DNA of 64,000 nucleotides from Hemiscyllium ocellatum (taxonomy: Eukaryota), in NCBI RefSeq assembly GCF_020745735.1, contig NC_083413.1, forward strand, positions 81,193,612 to 81,257,611, in the 5' to 3' direction. Each line of letters begins with the position of its first letter. Within the stretch, counting starts at the first letter, position 1. A program made the position numbers and the translations under genes. Shown piece by piece: positions 1-12,285 of the stretch. The notes under the pieces were generated by a model, which was not told where the DNA came from, did no database searches, and saw only the letters and a program-made list of their open reading frames with translations.

Positions 1-1004
1 GGAGAGGCTTACATAAATGCAAGGAGCTATTAAAATAAGAGGCAACAAATTCTTGAGTTACAATAAATATGAACCAAGACTTAAAAATTTGTTTGGTAGG
101 AAAAATTGAGTATTGTTCAAAAATACATTTTCTTAAAACTTTTAATCCACCACTGAACAGGTCAACTCTCAAAACGATTCAAGGGGGAAAGTCAGCAATT
201 TTTTTTGCTGCAAGATGTGAGTGCAGATTGCTTGTTAACTGGGTTCCGATAGAGGTGTTGCTAACATCATGCACTCATTAATTAGATTGTTAGTTAATTG
301 CCTAGCTGTGTTTAAATTTAAAGCAAGCAGGTTGACTTTGGTTAGGGTGTTTCCCTCAAACTCACCAGTGGATGGTTGTCACCTAACACATACACATACT
401 CTTTCACACTTTCACCATAAAGGCACTTCAGGATAAGTAATTTGGCAACACAATAATGCCATTGAACATGAAGCAAATCTCTCTCCATTTGTTTTCGAGA
501 GAGGAGTTTGTCTTTGTGCAAGGCTTCAATTTTGGTGTGCCTTTTTCCAAAAACAAACAGGAAGAGATGTTTGCCAAGTTTGAATTCCTTTACTCCTAGT
601 CATCCTGCCACAAATCTGGCTTCACTGAAGATGCTGAATCCTTGAAGGCATAACTCCTATCTGATCTGGTACACACACACATTCATATGGTGTAAAAATG
701 TAGCAGAGCTGCAAGGCCTCAAGGCCAACCTTTACATTAATATTAGTAAATCTAATAAAGGGACTGGAATTAACAAGTGTGACTACGTCAACAAGGTTGT
801 ATTAATTGGACCTGCCACTCAGCATTACTCAAATGTAACCTAAAAGACACAATGTTAGTTGGACTTTTGCAAGAGCAATGAACTCCCTGATGAAAAATAC
901 AATATGTTTCAGCCTCACCATTCACTGTGTATGTATAGGCTGTCCAAGACACGCAAAACGTTATGTTATTTTAATCCATATTTTTACTATTTTTACATTT
1001 TTAC

Positions 1005-1226
1005 AAATGAGGACTACAGATGCTGGAGACCAGAGTTGAAAAATGTGATGCTGGAAAAACACAGCAGGCCAGGCAGCATCCGCGGAGCAAGAGAATTGAC
1101 GTTTCGGGCATGAGCCCTTCTTCAGGGATTCCTGAAGAAGAGCTTATGCCCAAAACGTTGATTTTCCTGCTCCTCGGATGCTGCCTGGCCTGCTGTGTTT
1201 TTCCAGCATCACATTTTTCAACTCTG
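1005..1226. mobile_element. Penelope-type pLTR mini-insertion, inverted pair
   Basis: Imperfect inverted arms 1031-~1126 and ~1131-1226. Same sequence as the 3' ends of the Penelope copies at 29-31 kb. Confidence 0.85.
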
Positions 1227-2995
1227 TCCCATTCTGAATAAAAATTGCTCCTCCTTTTACCTGCTGGTTTGATGACAATGTTGCGATTGGTTTTGAGACC
1301 AGGGATGGTGTTGGGTTGTGATCAGGTGATGTTTTGCTCTACCTTGTGGGTGTGGCTGATGAATCTGGCGTATATACATTTCCTGACAGTTTGAGCATAC
1401 ATCTCAGGCGGGGCATTGGCCCAGTAAAGGGGTCCAAATCGACGACAACTTTCATCGTTTCTCTATGGATCTCTGTGATGACTGTTAGCTCATCGGGATC
1501 ACTGCTGACATCTTCGAAGAATTCTCATCCATCTGATGAATTCCTCTATGTCTGCCGTAAGACCACTAGGGTCCATTTTGGTCACGGGACAGAAATTGAG
1601 CTCTCTGATGAGAACTTCAATCTCTTCCAGTTGAAGGGTGTGGTCTGATAAGTTGATGATCAATTTCCCTGTGGTGATAACGTTTTCAACTGTGGTGCCA
1701 GGGAAGGCTTGGCTACTGCTGGTGGTGATGTCAAGTTTCTTCTTGGTGTGCATGTACGTGGTGTAGTTCTGTAGCCTCGTCTGCTTGGCAGTGTCACATA
1801 ACTGCAATACCGTGTTTTGAGTGCAAGCTGAGTGTGTGGAATCTATCTTGATTTCCAGGTTATGGCACCCGCTGTAGAGTTGATGCACGGGCTGTTTGAG
1901 GAGTTTGTGAAAGGTGTGGCGGCAAAGTCTCTCAGTGTAGTCTATGTTGTAGGTCGACTTGAGTGGGTTAGTGATCTGTAATCCTTTTGGAATCTTTCCT
2001 GCTTTCTTGCATTTCTGCAGAAATTTGATGTCTGTGCCAATATTTGCAATCTTGGAGATCCTCTTCATTTTGAGCTGGCAGTTAGCGGTGTCGATGGTAG
2101 CCATGATGTTGAGGAGCCGGTGTTGAACTGGGGTGGACAAAGTTACAAATCACACAACACCAGTTTAAAGTCCAACAGGTTTACTTGGAAGCACTCTCTT
2201 TCGGAGTGTCACTCCTTTTTCAGGTGGTTGTGTAGCAGGACCATAAGACGCAGAATTTATAGCAAAAGATTACAGTGTCATTAAGTAAAATGATATATTT
2301 AACAAATCTCAATTGTAGTTAAGTCTTTCATCTTTTAGAATGGGTTTCAGGTTGTGGTTCATTAATATGTAAATATTACATATGATATGGATTGACTGTC
2401 TGCATTGACTGCCTACCGGTTGTGTAGTTTTTGAGAAAAATAGAATACTTCTGTAAATATAACTCTGCAAATACAAAATCACTCCATAGACTTATTCTCA
2501 AGATAAATTATGTTTTATAAAAACATAATGAGCTGAAATGTCTGCACAATCTGTAGGCAATCAATGCAACAGTCAATCCATATCATATTTTGTAAATTCC
2601 ACTTTGGGTATAGAATCAGTCTAAGTTGAGACTGGGATACAGACATACTCTCACCTCACATCTTTAACGCACTGTCTGAGGTGAGATGTCACCCTTTTTT
2701 ATAAAATCTTAACTTATCTCAAGAATGTGACTTAAAAGGGATTTACATATTAATTAACTGAAATCTATAACCCGTTCTATAAGATGAAAGACTTAACAAC
2801 AATTGAGGTTTGTTAAATATATCATTTTATTTGTATGACATTGTAATCTTTTACTATAAATTCTGTCTTATGGCCCTGCTACACAAACACCTGAAGAAGG
2901 AGCAGCGCACCGAAAGCTAGTGCTTCCATATAAACCTAGTGTTGCGTGATTTGTAAATTTGTCCATCCAGTCCAACACCAGCTCCTTCACGTCAT
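1227..2995 (-). mobile_element. Degenerate Penelope-like element (second family): inverted pLTRs plus ORF N-terminus
   Basis: ORF 1499-2140 contains FLQKCKK..KIPKGL and IINLSD..L...E...L...LNFCP. A frameshifted IVIKPA(D)KGGA follows at ~1245-1285. Inverted arms ~2103-2425 and ~2540-2995. Confidence 0.8.
2888..2922 (+). ncRNA. Minimal type I hammerhead ribozyme motif in a pLTR
   Basis: CAC-CTGAAGA-A-GGAGC.AGC.GCACC-GAA-AGCT-A-GTG. Stem I is CAC/GTG, stem II has one mismatch, and stem III is the palindrome AGCT. Confidence 0.65.
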
Positions 2996-4319
2996 CCCTG
3001 AAGGAAGCCAGACATCTGCACTGCAGTACTATGTGGTGATGTAGATTCACCACCCTTGTGTAATTAATCAGTACTCATTGAATTTATTAATTCAGCAAAG
3101 TGCACAGTTGTGATCAGTTTTGACACAACCATGCATGTCCAGTAATTTAACAGGAAGCAATTAATTGAATTTACTATAAATTCTAAAAGGTAAATATGGA
3201 GAATAATGGGACTTAACAAACTTCCACTACATTGTATTTAAAAGTACTGGTAGATAAAGTACAGAGCCATAGCATATTTGCATTTTCAAAATTTAAAATG
3301 TAAGTTTTAACAAAATAGGCATTTTTGGCTTCGAGGGTCAGGATGAGAGACTTAAATCTAAAACAATTGGGCAAAAGTGCCTAACTCTTTGCATCTTAGA
3401 TTTCTTTAGAAAATATTTTATTCAAATCAAATTAGGGCAATTTAAACACACTGCTTCATTGTATTTCCTCTCCTTGACTCCAGAATTATTTTTTCAAAAT
3501 GCAAGTCTTCAAAAGAAGAACTTCTCTCTTCACCTCAACTTAAAATGTATTATTTACTGTCCTTTGTGAGAATAAGCATATATTGAGAAAGACTCATGAA
3601 GTGTGCAAGGAATCTGCATCTTCCTGGCAAGTAGGCAACAATGGACAGCAGGCTTGAGGATTAGTTGTGAGCTGAAGCATAGTATGGCAAAAAATACAAA
3701 ATGCCTCAAGAATAGGCTTTTCATATAGTGAATCAAAATAACCAATGGAGAATAGGTTTTTTTTTGTTTTCACCTGAATTATAATAAGCGATACTATCAT
3801 ATAGACATTATCCACTTTACCAATTTATTATCTAGGCAGTTAGGATAAAAATTAACAACAATATTATACTGACATTGAGACATATTGAGTACAAGCAAAT
3901 GTTTCACATCTGAAAACATGATAAAAGTTTCCAATAATATAAAGCCACCATTATAAATCTTCTGATAAATGGCAAGTTAGTAAAATAGCAAAGAATTTGA
4001 TCCTGCATTTGTAGATAATCATTTAGGGACTCTTGTTTGGTGATCAGGTACAATGGCCATAATGTTTTCCCTTCCACATCTTAATCATTACAAAAGTGAT
4101 TTTCAAAGTTTCTGTTTAGCAGCTGCAGCTTACTCAGGAGTAATAACATCCTGTTCCTGTGCCCTTTAACCTGTTTTTATATAATTCCATGTGTGATGCA
4201 ATTGTCATTTTGACCATTTGTAATATAATAATAGATTGATTTAACTCAAGGCAACTAAAGACTAGGTTATTCTTCTGTCCTCAAAGGTACACGCTGACAG
4301 TTCTGAAAATAAAGCTCAG

Positions 4320-4684
4320 TCAGAACTCTCCACCTTGATCTTCATCATCCCAGCCACATGACTCAATCTGCTCATCCTCGGGGAAATCCACTTCCAGATC
4401 ATAAACAAACTTTGGGTCACTGGGTTTTTTCTGGTTCTTTTCAAACAGCTCATCCATGATTTTTTTCTTTTTTGCCAACTCATTGTCGTCAAGTTTGTTG
4501 AGATCCTCCTCTGGGTTGATAGAGTTTTCCTTCAGGAAGGTCTCCAGGCTCTGGTTAAGACTCAGCCCATTCAGGCTATCCCTCAGGAGCTGATATAATT
4601 TCTGCAGCTGCTGCTGCGACACTCTATCGAAATATACTTGGTGCCGAGGGTTATTCTTCATCTGTTCTGCAGCTTGGCCACAAT
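4320..4684 (-). CDS. CEP19: CEP19 (centrosomal protein 19 kDa), last coding exon
   Basis: Peptide (D)[14 protein letters not shown]...[45 protein letters not shown]...ESCGWD matches vertebrate CEP19. Acceptor AG at plus-strand ct 4685-4686. TGA at 4322-4320. Phase-1 join G|AT gives Asp. Confidence 0.96.
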
Positions 4685-5740
4685 CTATGATCAATTTTCA
4701 AAATGGGGAAAAAATGCTGTCATACTATTCAATGCTTCACCCATTTCTTCAACTTTTTCACAATACTGACTAACTAAAGTATACATTAATATAATCTAAT
4801 CAAGAAAGAAAAGAACTTCAGTTATTAAAGCTCAGATAAGAGATGTAATACAATCCCAGTAAAAATCATGGAAAAAGGAATGAAGACGTCTCATTTTTGT
4901 CTAATTTACATGTTGGTGTAATATTATACTTGAGCCTCCTCCCACCTTTTTTTTCATTTATCATCTTAACCCTCTTCTCGCTCAAATATTTGTTCATTTT
5001 CTCCTGAAATACATCTATATTATTTCACTCCAATCACTAACTGCAGTATCAAATTCCACATTCTTCTCACTCTTTGGGTGCAGAGATTCCATCTGAATTT
5101 TTGATTGGATTTCCGAGTGATTATTTTACACTGAGCCATTGCTGTTGCTTCCAAGAGGAAACATTATCTCTAGCTCCTCTATCAACATCTTTCAGTTTTA
5201 AAGACCTCTATTCAGTCATCCCTGAAACTCTTATCAAGACAGAAGAGAGCCAGCAGGCTATCATTTCATGATAAGGATAATATCCAAAATCTATACATAT
5301 CTGCATGCATGCATGACTGATGTACTGTTTATTCCTACACTTGTACTTTGTCTATTATTTGAATATTCTCCATTGTATTATTATTTTCTTACGTGCCCAT
5401 TTTTCCTGATTTGCTATCTAAAAGTATTCACATTGAAATTTCCCAGCCCAGTTAGAGGCCATACTTTGGAGAATTGGATGTGTTGGGTTTGGAAAGGGAG
5501 CATGCGGAATGGGGAATATAGCACACTGTTCTGCTCAAAGGTGACACACCAGCTATATGGGTAAATGTGCCACTCGCTCTAGTTGTAGACTTGCCTGTGA
5601 GGAGTGAGACAAGCATTAATTTGTGTCTTTGTGATGGTTGCAATGGTTAGGAGATTGGAATCATGAAGAGATTGTAAGAATCTTCTGCTCTTAAAGGAAT
5701 TTTTCATCAAACTTCTGTTTGTGAACATATTTCTGGCACT

Positions 5741-6068
5741 GGGTGGCATGGTGGCTCAGTGGTTAGCACTACTGCCTCAGCACCAGTGAATTGGGTTCAA
5801 TTCCACCCTCAGGCAACAGTCCGGGTGGAGTTAACATGTTCTCCCAGTGTCTGCACAGGTTTCTGCCAGGTGCTCTGGTTTCCTCCTTAGGTGGATTGGC
5901 CATGCTAAATTGCCCACAGCATTCAGGGATGAATAGGTTAGGTGTGTTAGCCATGGGAAATGGAGGGTTACAGGAAAAGGATAGGTAGTTGGGTCTGAGT
6001 GGGGTGCTCTTCGTGGGGTCAGTGTGGACTTGATGTGTCGAATGGCCTATTTCCACACTGATTCTGAT
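5741..6068 (+). mobile_element. HE1 / V-SINE (tRNA-derived)
   Basis: Box A/B head GGTGGCTCAGTGGTTAGCAC...GGGTTCAATTCC, V-domain ttggccatgctaaattgccc, CR1-like tail. Confidence 0.9.
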
Positions 6069-6360
6069 GCTGACATTTGAGTGGGTTTAGCTTTTATATA
6101 TAAAAAAACAAATTGCATTCATACAGTGTCCTTTATCTTCACAATCAACAAACAATCCCCGAAGTGCAATATATAGCCATTACAAATTGTCACCACACTT
6201 TATGTAAATGTATTAACTTAACCAGATATCTTTATGTTGTGTGACAGCAATGGTTTGTATGGTTTAAGCACATTATCTTAAATTGTTGCCATACAAACAA
6301 CATTGGTGGAAAAATGTATAACACATGACCTAACCTAGTGTAATTTAATTAATTTTGAAA

Positions 6361-6711
6361 GATTTGAGTCCCAATAGTGTGGAAACAGGCCATTTGGCCC
6401 AATAAGTCCACACTGAGCCTCCAAAGAGTAACCCATCCAGACCCATTTCCCTACCCTATTACTTTACATTTGCCCCTCACTAATGCATCTAAACTAACAT
6501 CACTGAACACCATGGGCAATTTATCATGGCCAATTCACCTGTCCTGCACATCTTTGGATTGTGGGAGGAAGCCGGAGCATCCGGAGGAAACCCACCCAGG
6601 CATGGGGAGAACATGCAAACTCCATACAGACAGTTGCATGAGGATGGAATCGAACCTGGTTCTCTGGTGCTGTGATGCAGCAGTACTAACCACTGAGCCA
6701 CTGTTCCACCC
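6361..6711 (-). mobile_element. HE1 / V-SINE
   Basis: Reverse complement of the same SINE. Forms an inverted pair with 5741-6068 inside a CEP19 intron. Confidence 0.9.
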
Positions 6712-6962
6712 ATTTTATATAAAATGTTCTAAGTTTAGAAGGGAAACTGTTGTATTAACGTAGTTATTTTAATTATCCAAGTAGTGTAAGAGTAAAATAC
6801 TTACTTACCATGATTGAATGAAATTGTATCAGCAACAATGCACTTCCACTCCATGTTAAGGCGAACTTTACAATGTCTCCCTGCTTGCTATGATTAGCAT
6901 CCACATTGTTGATGCAATATTAGATGGGTCATTTAAGATTAAACATAAAACTAGGTTCTCAC

Positions 6963-7092
6963 CTGAAAATTTGGAGAAATTTCGAACAGGTATCATCCTT
7001 TGTCGAGTTTTCTTAGTATTTTCATCTTCGTAGATTAAAACAATAGCAGGTGGTTTGAACTTAACACCACACTTCTTTGGAATGTAAGCCAT
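6963..7092 (-). CDS. CEP19: CEP19 first coding exon (coding part)
   Basis: [24 protein letters not shown]...[11 protein letters not shown] matches the CEP19 N-terminus. Donor G|GTGAGA at 6963/6962. 130+365 nt = 165 codons (164 aa). Likely acceptor tttttccctatacAG just above 7257. Confidence 0.95.
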
Positions 7093-7424
7093 CACATTTC
7101 AGCTAGAAGATTCTTTCAGCTTACAGGCAATTCATAACAAGATCAAAGAGTTGGTGATGTTGGGACAGTCAATAACTTTTGTGTCTAGCTCCAGGTATTT
7201 TAATAATCATTCTTCTACATTTTAAACTTTTAATAAAAAATAATCCACATGAATATCCTGTATAGGGAAAAATAAAACCATCTAAATCTAAGTGTCAGAA
7301 ACTCTCTTCTGAACTTCAAAAAACGTATTATGTCGAACATATGGCAGTAAGGAGTAACAGTATTGAATATAGGTGTATTATATCTCTTGAGAGTAAATTG
7401 GAACCGGTCATCTATATAACTGAA

Positions 7425-7590
7425 ATAAATAAAGTGCTGAAAAACTCAGCAGGTCTGTGAGCAACTGTGGAGAAGAAAGCACAGTCAACGTTTTGAGTCC
7501 AGTGTTCTGAAGAAGGGACACTGGACCTGAAAAATTAATTCTGTTTTGTCAACATGGATACTTACCTGCTGAGTTTCTCCAGCAATTTTT
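7425..7590. mobile_element. Old Penelope-type pLTR inverted remnant
   Basis: gtgctgaaaaactcagcagg ... ctgaagaaggg ... cctgctgagtttctccagca: inverted arms around a decayed CTGAAGA core. Confidence 0.65.
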
Positions 7591-9569
7591 GAAAGTTGGC
7601 ACTCCCCAACCGTCCCTTCCACCCCACCCGACAACTGTATGAAAAATGAAACGATTATCTAACAGTGTTGTTTAAAATGGTAAAATGACTTCTTCACAGA
7701 AGGTAGTCGAAATCTGGAACTCACACCCCTAAAAATAAAGTGCCTGAGGCTAGAGGACAATTGAAGATTTCAAAACTGAGGTTGGTAGAATTTTGTCTGT
7801 CAAGCATACCTAGAACAGGGAACGGAGATGGATTCAAGAAGTAAATCAACTTTGATCTAATTGTAGGACAGAAAAAGCTTCTGAAGCTGAAAGACCTACT
7901 CTTGTTAGTAATTACAGACTTGAGGTAATTCTCACAATGCCAGAATAATTACTTTAAACCTCAACAAAAAATCCTTGGCATTGTACCGTGAGAAAAATGC
8001 TAGTTCTGTGAAATGCTCACATCAAACCTAAGTGGAAAAAAAACCCTGTGAATAAATAACTAAGAAATATCAAAACTGGAGACCTAAAAAGTGAACTAAT
8101 CCATATTTTCAAATAAAATTATCCCAAACCCAGGGCAATTTTGTATATAAGTGACTTCTGATTTGGTTACACAATGTTTCAGGGCAATCCCTGATGATCC
8201 TGAATACACAGGGCAGAGGATAGGTGCTCCTTTGTCTGAAACTAGGTGTATATTCATTTCCAAGGTTAGAATTCAAAACACCATGGAAGGGAACAAGTGC
8301 AGGCTAAGATAAATGTTATTTCTCTATTTGACAGTCTGATCTTGTAATTACAATATTTGTTCTGTAATACTGAGTATTCTAAGAATTACACTGACAATCA
8401 AAATTTAATGTCATCAGTTGGGCTTGCAGTGTGGAGCACTTTTACGCTCTAGAAATGTTAAACACTGGTCCCTGTTATTTGGAAACAGAACATGTACAGA
8501 CATTGCACCTATTTAATTTAACAAAATAGAAGACAGATACTTTCTAATTCATCCTCAGATAATACCTTGACTAATCAGTGAAAACCTGTTTGGTATAAAT
8601 TTTAACAAAGCTTGGCAATTAACTGTAACTCATCATTTAACTGGTACAATATCCTATTAAGCAATCAGCACTTTTCTCATACAATTTAAAATATACTCCC
8701 CTTTTAAGTTAGTATTCTCGCGAATTGTGCTGATGAGTGAAAGTTGAAACTCTTCAACAGAATGTCTTTTTTTCAGAAAAAGACAAGTTAGTAATACTTA
8801 TCGTTATTATAACTCCGGTAATGATTACAGTTAATTACATCATAGTTCTCAATATTAATGCTGGATAGACAAGGTCAAGAGTGATTGATCACAGAAAGGA
8901 GTACATATGCTGGAAGCAGCCAGACTAGCTCAGAACAGATAGCAATGGAGTGAATTAACTGCTGAGCTGACTGAGAATTTAGAGGCAGCAATTATTGGTA
9001 AAACCAAAATCATTATCTTTGGTTCCCAAGACAGACTCTATTATCCTCCCTGTCCCCTAAAGCTGAAACTGTTTGCACCTTCTGTATTTTATATAGTGTG
9101 AATTGATTCTCCTTCCCCATCCTTTCCAATACAATAACATCACTTGCCTCTGCAGTGTTTGTATTTGCTGCTGAAACTGTATCATCTTCAAACCTAACTA
9201 CTTCTGTACTCTCTTACCCATCCTCCTCCTCAACATCAGTAATTGTCATCTCATTCAAAATCCTACTAACCTATTCTGCATCAGGTCCAATCAGTCATCA
9301 ACTCTTGCTCCTCTGATATTTGCTTCCATCCCACAGTTGAAATTTACCCAGATTGAAAGAAAATCACAGGAACACATCATTCAGTTAAAGGTAAATGTTT
9401 ATGATCTTTACTAACTTCTTCCTACCTATCTCAACCTAACCCCACCATTCTTCCATTTTCTTTCTCTGATGTATTTTTCTATATTTCCTATACGTTTCTC
9501 AGCAACTCACCTAATCTGCTCCTTACTATAATGGTTCCACATTCTAAAACCAGATTGATGTTGTGTTGC

Positions 9570-9765
9570 TGTTGTCTTATCAGACCATAGGACCGCACTC
9601 TCATTAGAGAGAGAGAACTGGTGGTGATTTAACCTGAGCACCACCATACCTCAGGCAAGGGGAGATTGACAAGGAAAGTCCTTCGTGCTAACTTCGGGAA
9701 TTGAACCCGTGCTGTTGATTTGCAAAGCAGTACCATGTCAATCATCCATCTAAGCTGACCCCCCA
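9570..9765 (-). mobile_element. tRNA-derived SINE remnant
   Basis: Reverse box B (gggaattgaacccg) and box A-like end (taagctgaccccc). Confidence 0.55.
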
Positions 9766-10035
9766 ATCACAGGAATTGATATTACCTAATTCTGAATCCT
9801 CCCACGGGTGAATAATTTTATTTTCTGTGAAACCATAATTTTTCAAATTATCTTCAATACTGTCATCCTCATGTTTAAATCTCTTCACACCCCCACTGTT
9901 TCCCATCTCTAAACTCCTTTAGATGTGCAACCCTCTCCAAACACTGCTTGTTCAGGCCCCAGGGTCTGGAATTTCTTGCTAAACCACTGCTTCTTCATCT
10001 CTTCCAATATTTCCTTCTCTGGTGAAACAGCAGTG

Positions 10036-10570
10036 AGAGTCATAGAGATATACAGCATGGAAACTGCTTCTTCAGTCCAATCTGTCCATGCCAACCAGAT
10101 ATCCTAACCCAATCTAGTCCCACCTGCCAGCACCCGCCCCATATCCCTCCAAACCCTTCCAATTCATACACCCATCCAAATGCCTCTTCAGTGTTCCAAT
10201 TGTACCAGCCTCCACCACTTCGTCTGGCAGCTCATTCCATACACACACCACTCTCTGCGTGAAAAAGTTGCCCTGTAGGTCTCTGTTATATCTTTCCCCT
10301 CTCACCCTAAACCTATGCCCTCTAGTTCTGGACTCCCCCACCCCAGGGAAAAGACTTTGCCTATTTACCCCATCCATGCCCCTTATAATTTTGTAAACCT
10401 CTACATGGTCACCTCAGCCTCTGACGCTCCAGGGAAAACAGCCCCAGCCTGTTCAGCCTCTCCCTATATCTCAGATCCTCCAACCCTGGCAACATCCTTG
10501 TCAATCTTTTCTGAACCCTTTCAAGTTTCACAACATCTTTCTGATAGGAAGGAGATCAGAATTGCATGCA
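10036..10570 (-). mobile_element. CR1 LINE 3' end
   Basis: SRTRGHRF...FFTQRVV.VWNELP.EVVEAGT C-terminal motif and CR1 3' UTR. Confidence 0.92.
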
Positions 10571-11002
10571 ACCCAGGGAGCCCGGATCATGCCTGCTCCC
10601 CCAATTAAGGTACTCTTACTATAGAATATTAAGCTAATAGGAATTCGTAACTAAAGTAATTTAGATCACTGTGGGTAAGTGATCTAAGATCACATTTGCT
10701 ACAAGGGGGTAGTTCTTGAGGCAGACTATTGACTTGTATACAGTTAGTGTTTAGTTTGTTTAAACAAAAAATCTCATTTTACCCTTGATTAAAAGACTCC
10801 TGCAATATTTAATAATTTCTGAGATCAAATCACCACAAATGTATCAATTCTTAAAAATTGATGTTTATACAGCATTTAGTAGGAAAAAAAGTTCTGAGAG
10901 TATTTCACAAAGGTGTAATCAAATATACAAAAATAAGTGATTAATATAATTTTACTTTCACTGGTGGAATCTCTCACTGGGGGATTGCTTACGGAATAAG
11001 AG

Positions 11003-11225
11003 AGCTGCAAATGTGTTGCTGGTCAAAGCACAGCAGGCCAGGCAGCATCTCAGGAACAGAGAATTCGACGTTTCGAGCATGAGCCCTTCATCAGGAATAG
11101 ATGAAGGGCTCATGCTCGAAACGTCGAATTCTCTGTTCCTGAGATGCTGCCTGGCCTGCTGTGCTTTGACCAGCAACACATTTGCAGCTGTGATCTCCAG
11201 CATCTGCAGACCTCATTTTTTACTC
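11003..11225. mobile_element. Young palindromic Penelope pLTR mini-insertion with target-site duplication
   Basis: Perfect 90-bp inverted arms 11003-11092 and 11100-11189. Direct repeat TACGGAATAAGAGAG at 10990-11004 and 11226-11240. Confidence 0.93.
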
Positions 11226-11419
11226 TACGGAATAAGAGAGACTCATTTAAAACAGATGTGAAGGAATTCACAATTCCAGAGTGCCGTGGTCACTAGGTCA
11301 CAAAGTATTTAAAAAGGAAGTAGATTTTTGAAAATTGACCACAAAAGACGCAGATCAGCTGTGATCTAATAGAAATGGCAGGGCAGGCTGAAGGGACTGA
11401 ATGACCTACTCCTGCTCTG

Positions 11420-11600
11420 AGGAGAAAGTGAGGGCTGGAGATCAGAGTCGAGAATGTGGTGCTGAAAAAGCACAGGTTAGGCAGCAGCGGAGGAGCAGGA
11501 GAATCGACATTTTGCCATAAGCCCTTCCTGATGAAGGGCTCACGCCTGTTCCCCAGATGCTGCCTGCCCTGCTGTGATTTTCCAGCGCCACACTCTGTCG
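11420..11600. mobile_element. Penelope pLTR inverted remnant
   Basis: ggagaaagtgagg...gcccttc/ctgatgaagggc...ttccagcgccacactc. Confidence 0.8.
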
Positions 11601-12029
11601 TCGACTCCTGCTCCTGTTTCTTTTGCTCTTTACACTAATATTACTGCTGTTAGGTAGTAATAAAATACTAACTAACATTAGTAACATTCCCACCCATCAC
11701 AGTTATAAATCGCAGTTCCCAGTAAAACTCTCAATTATCACTAATATTGCTCCATATCTATAGTTACCGACTAACCACAATACATTCCCAAAGCACTTTA
11801 CATCCCGCAAATTGGCTGCCTCTGCACTGATCATGTGAGAGAGTTACCATGCTTTCATGAGTTTTATTACCTTCATAAATCACTAATTACATTTCTATTT
11901 CGCTATTTTATTTGTAATCAAACCTGAACTCGGCCCTTGACAACCTCCTCATCCTCATGGCAACCCACCCAATAAAAGACCCCTTCTGCGACTGATTGAT
12001 CTCCTGCCTGACAGTGAACCATGACTTAC

Positions 12030-12120
12030 CGGCGCCTTGCGCCCATTCTGACAGGGAGGATCGTTCAGGTGGACGACATACCTGTCCGTTCCTCGGTTCC
12101 CCGCTGCCACACCGTCAAGG
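12030..12120 (-). other. CEP19: Probable non-coding first exon of CEP19 (5' boundary unknown)
   Basis: Minus-strand donor CCG|GTAAGT (plus acttac 12024-12029) at the edge of the CpG island. The head-to-head CEP19/PIGX arrangement is known in mammals. Confidence 0.6.
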
Positions 12121-12221
12121 AAGGGACGGTGAACCGAAGGGATGAGCAGGCGGTGCGCTCAGGCAATACAGAGGGCAGCCGCAGTCCGGGTCCTGGGCCG
12201 GGCCGCGGGGAGAGGCTGGTG

Positions 12222-12285
12222 ATGGATGTGAGCCGGGCCGTGCTCAGAGCCTGGTGCCTGTGTCTGTGTGTCGCTGTAGTCACAT
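12222..12285 (+). CDS. PIGX: PIGX exon 1 (signal peptide)
   Basis: MDVSRAVLRAWCLCLCVAVVT looks like a signal peptide. Donor T|GTAAGA at 12285/12286. Phase 1 joins exon 2 in frame (T|GT = Cys). Confidence 0.8.

Noticed and set aside
5741-5815. tRNA gene (also at the heads of other SINEs)
   Set aside because: Box A/B are followed directly by SINE body, and there is no complete cloverleaf.
10958-11261. Two opposite-strand ORFs encoding near-identical peptides
   Set aside because: A by-product of the 90-bp palindrome; pLTR sequence, not genes.
12021-12221. N-terminally extended PIGX from the ATG at 12021
   Set aside because: It overlaps the putative CEP19 exon 1, is probably upstream of the TSS, and would bury the signal peptide.
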